In this document: positions 1 to 13,060 of the stretch, one piece after another
Layout of the letters: every line of letters begins with the position of its first letter
Position numbering within the stretch: position 1 is the stretch's first letter
Assembly: GCF_028641065.1 (NCBI RefSeq)
Contig: NC_073379.1
Span: forward strand, 14,508,001 to 14,572,000
DNA from: Leucoraja erinacea
Lineage: Eukaryota
Direction of reading: 5' to 3'
Length of the DNA stretch: 64,000 nucleotides
Notes under the pieces: model-generated
What the model was told of the DNA's origin: nothing
Seen by the model: the letters and a program-made list of their open reading frames with translations, nothing else
Databases searched by the model: none
Position numbers and translations under genes: made by a program

Positions 1-305
1 CCAGGGGGGCACAGATTAAGAATAAAGGGTAGACCATTTAGAACTGAGATGAGGAAAAACTTTTTCACACAGAGATTTGTGAATCTGTGGAATTCTCTGC
101 CACAGAAGGCAGTGGAGGCCAATTTACTGGATGTTTTCAAGAGAGAGTTAGATTCAGCTCTTAGGGCTAAAGGATTCAAGGGATATGGGGAAAAAACAGG
201 AACGGGGTACTGGTTGTGGATGATCAGCCATGATCATATTAAATGGCGGTGCTGGCTCGAAGGGCCGAATGGCCTACTCCTGCACCTATTTTCTATGTTT
301 CTATT
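1..305 (+). mobile_element. CR1-type LINE 3' fragment
   Basis: RKNFFTQRFVNLWNSLPQKAVEA...FKRELD (end of ORF2) and 3' tail ...GCACCTATTTTCTATGTTTCTAT. Confidence 0.85.
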
Positions 306-502
306 TTAATGGTACATCTCTTTCATGACTTTAAAAATGAATTTTTACTTATGCACGGTAATATTTGAACTTACATTAACTCGATCTTTAGAACAGGACT
401 ATTGATTTTTAGTCCGATGGAAGATTAAGGTAAACCAATCGAGATGTTGGAGCCAGCAGAGCCAAGAGGTCTTCCAATTAAACATAAAACAAATTAAGGA
501 AA

Positions 503-712
503 GGACACAAAGTGCTGGAGTAACTCAGCACGTCAGGCAGCATCTCTGGAGAACATGGTTAGGTGATGTTTTGGTGCTAGCCTTCAATCTAAGACGGATC
601 CCGATCTGAAACATCACCTATCCATGTTCCCCAGAGATGTTGCCTGACCTGTTGAGTTACTTTAGCACTGTGTTCTTTTGTGTCAACCAACATCTGCAGT
701 TCCTTGTTTCTA
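503..712. repeat. Head-to-head pair of Penelope-derived hammerhead-type repeats (degenerate)
   Basis: acacaaagtgctggagtaactcagc...catctctggagaacatgg is inverted against ccatgttccccagagatg...gagttactttagcactgtgt. Confidence 0.7.
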
Positions 713-817
713 CAAACACATTGAGGAGCCGGCTATAAATGCACTTTTATTGTACAATTTGATGGCGTGGCATGTGGCCCACCAAAAGCAGTCAAATGAA
801 AACTGTGGTGCAAATAA

Positions 818-1169
818 TCTATCCAACTATTATTATATAAAAGTCTGTGGCTGCCGCCTGCCTTCCGCCGTCCGGCTGCCGTTCTGCCTTTTGATTCGTT
901 GACGGCTGCTCCTTCCTATCAGCTTCCAACACACTTCAAAACAAAGTTGCAAGACAGGAACAATCTGGACTTTTCACTGCTGCAGCAAGCAGGGAAGGTG
1001 CAATTGGAATTTTCTTTAAATCCACTTCTGAGGGAGGCAGGGGAGTGCTGGAATCTTACATTTGGGGACGACTTCAGTTCCATTGGAGGAGACGGGTGCA
1101 TGGTGGAATATTGGGTTGGGGGATCACACCATTGGGGAAGCAGACCCAACGGGTCTGCACTTGGTCTAG
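818..1169 (+). mobile_element. Non-autonomous Helitron (352 bp)
   Basis: A|TC start; perfect hairpin GCAGACCC-AAC-GGGTCTGC at 1140-1158; ends CTAG|T; no TSD. Confidence 0.8.
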
Positions 1170-2744
1170 TATATAATAAAAGCTTGCACAGACTAGCTAA
1201 TCAATAATGTTGTTAAGATTAATTTTGGGTTGCTAGTTTACTGTGGAATAATAGTGCAGCAAATAATAATACTGTTGCAAGCCATCACTTTATAATCTTA
1301 ATCAAACATTATAAATAGCTTTATTTAAAGTCAGTGTAATAAGCAAAAACTGAATCCCCGTTATTTTTTGTGAAAATTATAATCTTTACATTTCTTTCAT
1401 ATTTCGTTTAATACTAGAATTTTAACAAAACAATTCCCTTGCTTAAAAATAACATGGCTTCTCATATTTGACTGGTTCAGTGATAAAATAAGATATATTT
1501 AAATAAGATTTTACAATTATATAAAGTTTACCATGATAATATTTATATACGTTCATGTCATAGGAACAGAATTAGGGCCATTCGGCCCACCAAGTCTATG
1601 CCACCATTCATCCATCATTCTCTCTTAACCCCCTTCTCCCCATAACCTTTGACACCCCTATTACTCAAGAACATGTCAATCCCTGCTTTAAAAATACCCA
1701 TAACTTGGCCTCCACCGCCATCTGTGGCAGTGTACTCCACAGATTCACCATCCTCTGGCTAAAGATGTTATACTACATACAGATTTTTGAATCATGTCAC
1801 AGGAAGTATATACAACCAGTTGGATGTTTTAACCTTGATGAAATGCAGTGAGAATGCAGTATTTATCTAATGACATACAAACCATTGGTGGGAAACATTG
1901 CATTTCTGGGTTTATAAGTAAAACACGACAAATAATTGATAACCTTTTGTTTCTCCCCACAGATTTCATTTCTAACTTCACTAGCTCTATCCTTTTTCCC
2001 CTTGCTCTCACTAACATCCACAATATCTAGGAGTCTGAAGAAGGGTCTCTACCCAAAATGTTACCCATTCTTTCTCTCCCGAGATGCTGCCTGTCCCACT
2101 GAGTTACTCCAGCATTTTGTGTCTATCCACAATGTCTCCATCATTTTGGTAGTTTCCTGGTCCCAATCTTTTACACCACTTGAACCAGTCCCCTTCACCC
2201 TTATTCATCTGACTAGTTTGTTCTATCTGGGACATATGACTATAAAACACACTTGACTCTTGAGTTTGGTGTCATGTTGAACGACTTTTCCTTTAACTCC
2301 ACTCCCTTCCTCCAAATCAATGAACATTGCCATGAGAATCCACAAGGGCCCAAGTCACGCGTGGCTATTTGTGGGATACGTGACATTGGTTCAGTCCCAC
2401 TCAGGTCCCATCCCACACCTTTGTGTGGGGTATTGATGACTATATTCACAAGTTATAGTAGAATTAGGCGATTCAGCCCATTGAATCTACTCCGCCATTC
2501 AAACATGGCTGATCTCCGCCTCCTAATCCTATTTCCTGCCTCCTCCCCATAACTCTTGACACCCGTTCTAATCAAGATATCTTAAAAATATCCACTCAAT
2601 AATCTTGTCTCTACATTGATGCTGCTTCCTGCTCTTAAACAGAAACATGTTGAATTAGCCTTCACCACCAATTTCAATCCTACTCTCAGTCTTATATGCT
2701 GCATCTCTGACATGTTTTTACTAATTCCTGACTTTTAGACGAGA

Positions 2745-2985
2745 AACTTTAGAGATACGGCACGGAAATAGGCCCTTCGGCCCACTGATTCTGTGCCAAC
2801 CAGCGATCACCACATATGCCAACCTACAGACATTAGGGACAATTTTACAACTTACCAAAGCCAATTAACCTACAAACCTGTACGTCTTTGAAGTGTGGAA
2901 GGAAACCGGAGCACCCGGAGAAAATCCATGTGGTCACAGGGTCACAAACTCCGTATAGACAGCACCCGTAGTCAGGATCGAACCA
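2745..2985 (-). mobile_element. tRNA-derived SINE (HE1/V-SINE-like), partial
   Basis: Matches the SINE copies at 24488 and 54285, including a CR1-like 3' tail. Confidence 0.75.
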
Positions 2986-3316
2986 TCGCACACGAAAGAC
3001 ATACAGCTTAATAGTCCTTAGTGTTTAGGATTGTGCTAGTGTATGGGGTGATTGCTGGTGGGCTGAATGGCTTGTTTCTACTGTATCTCCAAAATCTAAA
3101 GTCTAAAGTAATGCATATTGATTTGACCTCTAACTTTTACCAGATCTTACAAAAGGTAATCAACACTAAACATTAAATGTGTTCCTCTCCCCACTGATAC
3201 TGCAAACTCCCCCCCTCCCCCCCCCCCCTCATCTGTATCCACATATCACTCCCCATGGCATTGTCCTGCTCCCACTTTCTTCCAGCTTCACCACCCCCCA
3301 ACCCCCACCACAATTA

Positions 3317-3344
3317 CTGAAGAAGGGTTTCGGCCCGAAACGTT
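3317..3344 (+). ncRNA. Minimal hammerhead ribozyme motif heading a Penelope-derived repeat
   Basis: CTGAAGA-A-GGGT(TTCG)GCCC-GAAA-CGTT: CUGANGA core, stem II, GAAA and palindromic AACGTT. Confidence 0.7.
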
Positions 3345-3976
3345 GCCTATTTCCTTCGCTCCATAGATGCTGCTGCACCCGCTGAGTTTCTCCAGCTTTT
3401 CTGTGTAACCTTCGATTCTCCCGCATCTGCAGTTCCCTCTTTAACCCCACCACAATTAGTTCCTTGAAGGGTCCTGACCCAAAACATCAACTATCCATGT
3501 TCTCCAAAGATGCTGCCAGACCCACTAGGATACTCCAGCACTTTGTGACTTTTTAAAATAAACCAGCATCTGCAGTTCCTCGTGTCTCCATCACCACCAT
3601 TTACTGTTTTTTTTATTTGAAACTACCTTGGTGTTCCATTGGTTACACTAAGCTAGCACAACCTACAACAGAAAATAATTCAACTAGGTTCTGCAGTTTC
3701 ATTGAATGTTCAAATTATTTTGCTCTGGACATCATGTTGGTTGTCTTGGAAAATGATTTAATGAAATTCTGAACTCTGGAGATTAATTGCGAGCAACTAT
3801 AGAGAGAACCTGAAAAATATGGATAGAACATTTCAGGTCAAGGCCCTTCTTCACACCGAGTCCCGACCCAAAAGGTTGCCAAAATATGATCTTCAGAGAT
3901 GCTGAATTACCCCAGCACTTTGTCTTTCTTCATAAACAAGCATCTGCAGTTTCTTACGTCTATATAGAGAACTTAC

Positions 3977-4614
3977 CTGATTGTTTCATTGCCTAACCTT
4001 TGGTAGGGTGGGCAATTCTCATCTCCTGTAAAAGCTGCTCTGTCCAGGGGGTAGATGCTGTAGTACTGAGGAGGGCAAGGGGTTGCTCCGGTAGCACCAT
4101 TTGGTGGATTAGTGCTCTGTGTGTTGTTCAACGAAGGCAAGCAGGTTGTGTTGATGGCAACAGCATCCTGCGCAGGAGATGCATATGGGGGTGGTATATA
4201 CTGGACAACTGTAGCTCCGTGGAAAGTTATAGGTTGATTAATCCCAGTAAAGACAAATGACTGACCACAAGGAGTTTGCTCAGTCTCAACAGCACTCTCA
4301 TTGATTTGTTTGCAGGTTTTGCAAGTTAGCATTCGGAACTTGCAGACAGCAATGAGAACAAACGTAACTCCCACCGAAAGTAGAATTGGCCCCAGCAGCT
4401 GCGTCCATTCCAAGTCACTGGTTCCATAATATTTAATCCAGCCCATCACGGTGAAGGTTATGCCGACCAGAACCAAAAAGACACCGGAAAATAGCAGTGT
4501 GGCCCCGGCTTTGTCCCCATCTGACACCTGGACTCTTGGAGCCTGAGACTGGCAGGGAGTCACAGAAAACACATTCACAGAGAAATCCTCCACATTGCTG
4601 CTGCACTGCTCCAT
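3977..4614 (-). CDS. TMEM174: Transmembrane protein 174, first coding exon (second exon not found, probably outside window)
   Basis: ORF MEQCSSNVEDFSVNVFSVTP...SDGDKAGATLLFSGVFL...WTQLLGPILLSVGVTF...SFVFTGINQPITFHGATVVQYIPPPY closely matches remembered vertebrate TMEM174. Canonical donor CAG|GTAAGT at 3977/3976 (phase 2). Confidence 0.95.
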
Positions 4615-4727
4615 TTGGCTCGCACAGTCTCTGCTGTGTGACCGTCCCGTGAAAGAAAAAGAGATTGGACCGGTACATAGTGTCTAAAGCACGGTGTCAT
4701 CAACAACAAAATAGTGCGTTGTGGCAA

Positions 4728-4740
4728 GTTAATGATTAAT
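4728..4740. promoter_or_regulatory. HNF1-type binding site upstream of TMEM174
   Basis: GTTAATGATTAAT matches the GTTAATNATTAAC consensus at 12/13 positions, about 115 bp upstream of the ATG in non-repeat sequence. Confidence 0.55.
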
Positions 4741-5174
4741 GTTACAATATTAAAATTCTTATACTGTGCAGAACTGGATCATGAGGTCTTTGCATTTTTC
4801 CTTTTGATGATTAAAGCATTTAATGAGGCATTAAAACTAGGAGGTTTATTCCAGCAAATCCTTTGGTTTTGTATGCTTGCAAAGGTCTTAATGCCCACAA
4901 CTTGCGGAAAGTGCACTGCTCCACACTGAAGCTCCCAGCTGAAAGATCTACTGGAGAGCTCTCAGGCACTGAAATTCCTAAGAAAGAACGCCTTTACAAT
5001 TTTGGGGGATCAATCATGATTGAAATTTTCCTTCCCTGTCGTACATGGAGGTGCCCATATAAGCTCAGTAGTCTCCAACTGCGTACAGATTGAATAGGCC
5101 ATTGATCCAGGAGCCTATAAGAATCGGTCGCAACCTGTGACATCTGATGTTGTGAACCATCTTTCAGTAGGTTT

Positions 5175-5350
5175 ACGCAAAATGCTGGAGTAACAGGCAG
5201 TATCTCTGTAGAGAAGGAACGGGTGATGTTTCGGATCGAGGCCCTTCTTCAGACCCGAAACGTCACCCATTCCTTCTCTCCAGGGATGCTGCCTGTCCCG
5301 CTGAGTTATTCCAGCTTTTTGTGTCTATCTTCGGTTTAAACCAGCATCTG
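5175..5350. repeat. Fold-back pair of hammerhead-bearing repeats
   Basis: A minus copy ending ...cccttcttcaga is fused to a plus copy starting gacccgaaacgtcaccc. Confidence 0.8.
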
Positions 5351-8300
5351 CAGTTTCTTCATACACTTTAGGTAGGTTTACATTTATTTCAAAACTTGAC
5401 CCTTATAGTGACTCTACCCTCAGCCTGCTGGCCCTCCTCTACACCCCCAAACGCCACAGATTTAGTTATCATCCTACCAACCTGGCCAGAGGAGCTGGTC
5501 AAGACCCCGACAGTCCTGACTCTACAGTTCATCCTGGAATCTCACGTAAACCTCTCCAAATGAGTTCCCACCTCTTTACCCACGACCCAGAGTCATAGTA
5601 TAATTTGTTTATTTCATTGGTCTGCATTGAAAGATGTTTTAATGCATTGAACATGCAAGACCCTGTCTAACTCACTTTCTTAGCTTTAAATGATTTAGGC
5701 ACCTTAGCTTAACATTCTGTTAGGCACACTAAATCAACTAATTTTAATAAAGCGTTCTATCACTTTAATATTGATTTTCAACCAAGACAGTGTTGACTAC
5801 AGCAGACAATGGACCTGTTCCACTATCAACCTCACTATCATTAATTGTTACCTGATTGAACAACATACCACAAATTACACTGCCAATAACCAATTTTAAC
5901 TTTAACAAGACTTCTTCAACCTTGGATACATGTATGACAAGTAGTTTATTAAATCAGCTGTGATCAAAACCCACATTTCACCAAAAATAAAAGAGGCAGA
6001 TTGTTTTTGTAACGATTCACTGAAAGTGAGGCAAGAATCGTGCCGTTTCAAAACAAACCAAGGGGTATTTAAAAGGCTTTTTAGATAGGCACATGGATAT
6101 GCAGAGAATGGAGGGATATGGATCACGTGCAGGCAGATGAGATTAGTGTATCTTGGCAACATGTTTGGCATAGACATTGTGGACCGAAAGGCCCATTACT
6201 GTGCTGCATTGTATGTTCTGATTATCTGCAATTAATGATTTTAAAAAGCTCAATAAATTAACCATATTTAAAATACATAGTGGAATTTAGATGAGCTATG
6301 TGTGTGAATGTAACTTATTGTGAAAAGTCTTTAAAAACTGGATTGGATGCAAAATGCCACCAAAAGCGAATCTACCTGCTAATGAAAGGCTTCAGGTGTC
6401 TGCATGGCATTCAATGTCAGTTTGAGTTAGGTACTTGAGCCCCAGGTGCCTATATCTTTCTGCCACTATTAAACATACAGTATTGATCAGAAGCTGCAAA
6501 AATATTGCAGCAGTTAAGGGAGTTCCTGTGAAAGAAAGATTTTTCTGCACATGATGGATTCTCAAGAAATTTAAATTTAAATAATTTTTAAATAGTGCAA
6601 TTGGACTGCTGTCTCCTCGTGACACAACCCATATTTTCCTTACAGGTAAATCTGCAAGGATCAAACTTTTATTATATATTAACATATTTGTCTGTGCATT
6701 AACTCTCACTCCAATGATAATGTAAATAAATAGCTTAAAATATGTTCTAACATTTGTGTCCTGAAAATCTGCTGATCCATATCCAAACATTAAAAAGGGA
6801 CTTTGAATTGCTCTGATAGTTTAATGGATAAATACATCACTTGGTGAGTTGTTGAGTTACAATGGTCCCTAGTTGGTGCTGAGTTAGCAATCTCTTAAAG
6901 GTAAAATTCATTCCAAAGTCCCATGTCAGGGACGTAAAGGGGTCTTGACCTGAAACGTCACCCATTCCTTCTCTCCAGAAATGCTGCCCTGTCCCGCTGA
7001 GTTACTCCAGCATTTTGTGTCTACCTTGTAAAAATACAAGATGGTTTCTGATCACAATAGGCAGCCTATCTTGGAAAGTGGGTACTATAAAATTTCAGGG
7101 CAATTCAAATTGGGGTCCTTCAAGTCAGTTGAGTATGAGATGAAACAAGTTATTACAATCTATTGAATTCTTATTGTGTCTGAAGAAGGGTCCTGATCCG
7201 AAATATCACCAGTCCATGTTCACCCATAGAAACTGCAAGATCCATTGACTTACTCCAACACTGTGTGTGTCTTTTGCTTGTTATGATAGATACTGTAAAA
7301 CAGTGAATTGGGCGTCTGTTTGACAATCTTGTTGATTTTCTTTTCGTGTGCGAGATATACAAGCAGATCCTGACAAGATTTACCGAAGCTTTGACAACTT
7401 TTGCATGAGTTCAATCCCTGGTGAGGACACTATGGGCCTATGTCAGATCAGTGTAAACCAGCATCTGCTGTTCCTTCTTACACTTCTATGTACTGAAGTT
7501 TGATAAGTTGCTGAAATAAAACCTTCAAAAAAACCATAGAATATGGGTTTCCCCTTCATCGCCTCATAAAACCTTCCTAATAATTCAGATCAAATAAATA
7601 GATAAAGCCACATAAGAAAGAGAAAAAAATCATTATTTGTAAAGAACGTGCCAACTCCGTACAGAGAGCACCCAGAGTTAGGATTAAACCCAGGATCACC
7701 GGCGCTGTAAGGCAGTAACTCTACCGCTGCGCCACCATGATGTATTGGAAATGGCAATTTTCTTTCAAAGCTTTCAGATCTGATTTTGATTAAAAAAAGT
7801 TGTGATTGCAATGAGCCTAATCAATAAATCCAACAGCCAACAAATTTTATCTCAGTAAAAAGTTTGTGTTACTTACTCAAAGGGAAAAGAACAAATGATT
7901 GTTCGAAGTTAGAATCAGATTTACACTGCATGATATTGAGCAAAGTAAATTGGTCTGTGGAAGGGTACCGACCCAAAATGGCACCTGTCAATTCCCGCCA
8001 TAGATGCTGCCTGACTCTGGAGTTCCACCACTACTTTGTATTTTGCTCAAGATTCCAGCATCTATAATTCCCTGTGTCTCCATAAAATGGATATTGCTCT
8101 CCGGTGAGATTGTGCAGTGAGATATTCAATAAATGACACAAAGTGCTGGAGTAACTCAGTGGGCCAGGCAGCATCTCTGGAGAACATGGATAGGTGATGT
8201 TTCGGGTACGAACCCTCCTTCAGTCACAACGAGAAAATAAAATTGAGATAGCTGAATTTACAATGGTCATAAATGAAAGGTGCAGAATAAGGCCTTTCGG

Positions 8301-8629
8301 CCCATCAAGTCTACTCCGCTATTCAATCATGGCTGATCTATCTCTCCCTCAAAACCCCATTCTCCTGCCTCCTCGCCATCACCCCTGACACCCATACGAA
8401 TCTGAATCCATCAATCTGCGCCTTAAAAATACCCAATGGCTTTGCCTCCCCAGCTGTCTGTGGCAATGAATTCCACAGATTCACCACCCTCTGACTAAAG
8501 AAATTCCTCCTCGTCTCCTTTCTAAAGGTACATCCTTTAACTCTGAGGCTATGGCCTCTGGTCCTCGTGTGTCTGGAAGGAAGCTGTAAGCAATCTCTGA
8601 TGGTAAGTTAAAGAGAGATTTTGTTTTAC

Positions 8630-8765
8630 CTGCAAAAGATGATGCTGTAATAAGACGGAGGGTCTTCACTGGGGGCAGGCCAGCTGGCTTCACAGGCATC
8701 ATTCACCATTGGTGGTGGCTCAAGGAAGTAAGGCGGCGGAAATGGAAAAACCAGCCCAGATCTAT
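8630..8765 (-). CDS. TMEM171: TMEM171 internal coding exon (136 nt)
   Basis: Splice sites tccag|AT...TGCAG|gtaaa. Continues phase 1 from 14391 and reads DRSGLVFPFPPPYFLEPPP...SEDPPSYYSIIFC, like mammalian DSVIIFPPPPPPYFPE...NPPSYYSIF. Confidence 0.88.
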
Positions 8766-10436
8766 CTGGATAACATCAAGTAGAACACTTCAGCACATTC
8801 AGTACAGAATTCTCATTTGACCAACATATTTTCTTGCACTTTAATGGCATTCTCGGATTCCCAGATTATCAAAATGTAAACAATATCCTGGCATTGTAGA
8901 GGAAATGACAAAGCATGGTCAAGGCTCGACAGTTAAGATTTTATAAATAAATGAAAAGGTTTAGCGAGAAAATTTGGCAGAGTAAATCTTCTACCTGTCT
9001 AGTCCATAATGATGTAGTGAAAGGAGGGACTGCTGGGAACGAACGAGAGGTCAGAATGACAACAATGGTATGAATTACAGATGGTGTGAGTAACATTGCA
9101 GAAATAGCTGTAAATCAGGGACAGAGATAAACGTAGGAAAATTGCATCCTCAGAACAGTTTAAAATCCGCAGGCTGGCAAGATTGTGGATTCTGATGGAC
9201 TTCACCTTTTGATCTTACAAAAAAATGGTGGTGGGCGACCAAGTTGACGTGTTGATTTTAATTTTCAAACATTCCTTAGATGCAGAGAAAGTTCATTTAG
9301 ATTGAAAAATAGAGAACATAACCTGCGATTCACAAAGGCCAGTAGGCAAAGCAGGAAATTACAAGCTTGTTAGCTTAACATCTGTCATATGGAAAATGTT
9401 AGAAGGAATTATGAAAGGTATTAGAGCAGGGCACTGAGTCAAATTAAAGGTAATTATGTAAAATTGACACAGTCTTGTCAAAGAGGAACTAATTTATTGG
9501 AAGTATAACTTGCTGTGGATAAAGAAGAACTGGTAGATGTACGGCATTTTCCTGAAAACGTTTGATAAGATGCAGCAACTAAAGTTATTGGAGAAAATAA
9601 TAGGTTAATACGTTACATATTGCGAAACAGTAGGCATTTATGATGAGCAAGATGTAACAAGTGGCATGTTCCAGCAATAGTCTCACAATAAAAGTGTTCA
9701 ATATGTTTGATTGCGAATATTGGCATCATCACAAAAGAATGTCTGGATGATCAGCTTATTGAAAATATACACTAGACAAACCTTTAAGCTCAGGAAAATT
9801 TACAAAGTAAGTGCTATTTGTTATGTACCATCTCACACGCATTTCCTATGGAGTTTCCCAATGTATTAAAGACTGCTGACACAGAATTGTTTTTTGGGTT
9901 TTGGTCCTAACTTGCCTTACAGGGTCTCCCTAACATTTACATACCACTAGTTTCCCTCTCCCCTGACTCTCAGTCTGAAGAAGGGTCTCGACCTGAATGG
10001 TCACCCATTCCTTCTCTCCAGAGATGCTGCCTGTCCCGCTTTGATACTCCAGTATTTTGTGTCCATCTCTCTAACATTAGGTGGCACTGTTGTTCATTCA
10101 AGCAGACACTCCAACTTTAGTTCTTGGCATTGCACAAGAAGCGAAGAGTGCATTTAAAAGGCAGATAATTTGTAATGCTTTTTAAGGGAATAGTGGATAA
10201 ACAATTTAAACTTAAATAGACATAGAGATTCAGGAAGACTGTCGAGTAATGTTTGCTAAATTACCCAAGCACATAGACAACGGCATCTGTTGTGTTTCTT
10301 TGTTTTCTAATCTTATTTTTCAATTTCCTTACTTCCCCTGTTAAAGATTCAAGTCATGCTGAACAACATGTCCACAATCCATCATTGGCATTCACACCAC
10401 CATTCAAATTCAGGAACTGCAGCACACTGTGCGTTT

Positions 10437-10645
10437 AGATTCTCTGCCACAGAAGGTAGGTGAGGCCAGTTCATTGGTTATATTTAAGAGGGAGTTAGAT
10501 GTGGCCCTTGTGGCTAAAGGGATCAGGGGGTATGGAGAGAAGGCAGGTACGGGATACTGAGTTGGATGATCAGCCATGATCATATTGAATGGCGGTGCAG
10601 GCTCGAAGGGCCGAATGGCCTACTCCTGCACCTATTTTCTATGTT
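10437..10645 (+). mobile_element. CR1-type LINE 3' fragment
   Basis: Same 3' end as 1-305 and 11583-11978. Confidence 0.85.
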
Positions 10646-10837
10646 ACTTAGAACTATCAATTGGTATTTCCTAAAATAGTTGTTAGGATTTAAACTAACT
10701 CACTGCACTCACCCCTCAAAAACGTAACAGAGATGATATAATTTAATTGCTAGTTATTGTGCAATATGGTTGTATTTTGGTTTGAAATGCAACGTTCAAT
10801 GCAAACAGAATATAAAAATTAGGAGCCTGGATTTTGC

Positions 10838-11135
10838 CATATAACCATACAACAATTACAGCACGGAAACAGGCCATCTCGGCCCTTCGAGTCCGTGCCG
10901 AACACTTACTCTCACCTAGTCCCATCTACCTGCACTCAGACCATAACCCTCCATTCCTTTCCCATCCATATACCTATCCAATTTATTTTTAAATGATAAA
11001 AACGAACCTGCCTCCACCACTTCCACTGGAAGCTCAATCCACACAGCTACCACTCTCTGAGTAAAGAAGTTCCCCCTCATGTTGCCCCTAAACTCTCAAA
11101 TTCCCTTAATTCTCAAATCATGTCCTCTTGTTTGA
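10838..11135 (-). mobile_element. CR1-type LINE 3' fragment (second subfamily)
   Basis: Near-identical to 13541-13820. Confidence 0.8.
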
Positions 11136-11582
11136 TGCACTAAATTCAGATGCACTCAATTTCCTGGACCCCAACCCACCAAAGAATAAAATCTGAAAAT
11201 TTAACAAGCTAATTTTCATTAGGTGGAGAAGGAAATGGTGCATATTAAACAGTCAGTAAAACAAAAGTCCCTGGAAAAGCATCGGTGAACAAGGGTGAGA
11301 ATCACTCTCTCAAGGATCAGCGTGGTCAGTCAATGTGTGGAGCTAAGCAAGTGGGTGAGGCCTTAAATGAATACTTCCCATCTGTATTTACCATGGAGAA
11401 GGTCATGGAAGTTCTGGAATCCAGGGAAGAGAACAGTAAAGACTTGAAACGTTAACGTTTAAGGTACAAGGAGAGGATGGATAGGCGGAATGTTTTCCCT
11501 GGAACAAAAGGCGAGGCTTGATCTTACAGGGATTTCGAAAATCATGAAGGGCATAGATATGGAGGATGGTCATTACCTATTT

Positions 11583-11978
11583 CATAGAAACATAGAAATT
11601 AGGTGCAGGTGTAGGCCATTCGGCCCTTCGAGCCTGCACCGCCATTCAATATGATCATGGCTGATCATCCAACTCAGTATCCCGTACCTGCCTTTTCTCC
11701 ATACCCCCTGATCCCCTTAGCCACAAGGGCCACTTCTAACTCCCTCTTAAATATAGCCAATGAACTGGCCTCAACTACCCTCTGTGGCAGCGAGTTCCAG
11801 AGATTCACCACTCTCTGTCAAAAAAGTTCTCCTCATCTAGGTTCTAAAGGATTTCGCCCTTATCCTTAAGCTGTGACCCCTTGTCCTGGACTTCCCCAAC
11901 ATCGGGAACAATCTTCCTGCATCTAGCCTGTCCAACCCCTTAAGAATTTTGTAAGTCTCTAGCAAGATCCCCTCTCAA
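11583..11978 (-). mobile_element. CR1-type LINE 3' fragment
   Basis: catagaaacatagaaa tail followed by the ORF2 C-terminus. Confidence 0.85.
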
Positions 11979-11979
11979 C

Positions 11980-13060
11980 TAGCATCGCAACCGGCTTTGA
12001 CTAAAAAATTACCGATTTTTTAAACGGCAACCTATTTTTAAACGCGGCCGGTTTTGAATTTTTTGAAATAATCGCCGGAACATAGAGGAAGCGGAAACCA
12101 CTTCCGACCATTAGGGAAACTGACAAAAACCTCCGGGAACCGCATAGAAAACTTGGGTGGGGCGCAAAGTCTCCAGAGGTTTCCGTTCAGGTTTCCTAAG
12201 TGGGACAGGTTGCCGGCATAAAAGTAGATGGCATAGCATTGGGGTGAGAGAAAAAAAAATTAAAGGCCACTTGACAAATTTTTTTCAGAGAGGATGGTGG
12301 GTATATGGAATGAGCTGCCAAAGGAAGTGGTGGCGGCAGGTACAATTACAATGTCTGCAAAATACTTTGGGTAGATCTGGATAGGAAAAAGCTAGGTCCC
12401 AGCATTGATGGAGATAAATCTTGTCAGGAAGGCACCAATCCGGTTTATTATTATCATGATGAAGAAAATCTGTAGATTTCATGCCATCTATTGAGAGGAA
12501 GACCTGTGAATTCTCTAATGAAATGGAAAGCAATTTACCTAGGATTTTGAATCTAATGGCCCTGTCCCACTTAGGAAACCTGAACAGGAACCTCTGGAGA
12601 TGTGCAGCTCTCCTAAGGTTTCTTAAACGGTTCACGGAGATTTTTTACAGGTTCCCTAATGGTCATGAAGTGGTTTCACTCACTATGTTCCCTGTTTATT
12701 TCAGAAATTCTAAATGGCGTCGACTAAAAATATATTGCCGTTTTACAAAACAGAAACAGGCGAAGCCGGTTGCGATGCTAGCCCGGTGCCGGAGGTTGCA
12801 GGTAGTGGAAGGTCTAGTCCCGGCAACTACCTGCACTCTAGCACCGCAACCGGCTTCGACTAAAAAATTACCGTTTTTATACCTATCCAATTTATTTTTA
12901 AATGATAAAATCGAATCTAATCGCCACCAGTTCCATGGAGCTCATTCGGACAGCTACCACTCTTGGGAAAGAGACAAAAACCCCTCATGGAACCCCTAAA
13001 CTTGGGTGGGGCGCAAGTCTCCAGAGGTTTCCTGTCAGGTTTCCTACTCTCACATGGGCA
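11980..13060. mobile_element. MITE-like DNA element fragments (PIF/Harbinger-like TIR), scrambled
   Basis: TIR GGCCCTGTCCCACTTAGGAAACCTGAAC at 12558 is inverted relative to GTTCAGGTTTCCTAAGTGGGACAGG at about 12185-12209, with a degenerate copy at about 13030-13059. Confidence 0.6.

Noticed and set aside
5010-5115. YSI...PPCTTGKEN peptide vaguely like the TMEM171 C-terminus (PPRYEEKEN)
   Set aside because: The only available acceptor is phase 0 while the previous exon ends in phase 2; similarity is too weak.
6392-6812. 132-aa minus ORF with a phase-compatible AG as the TMEM171 last exon
   Set aside because: Weak acceptor and no similarity to the TMEM171 C-terminus.
12481-12999. 172-aa ORF
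   Set aside because: Lies in mosaic MITE/CR1 sequence that is probably an assembly chimera.
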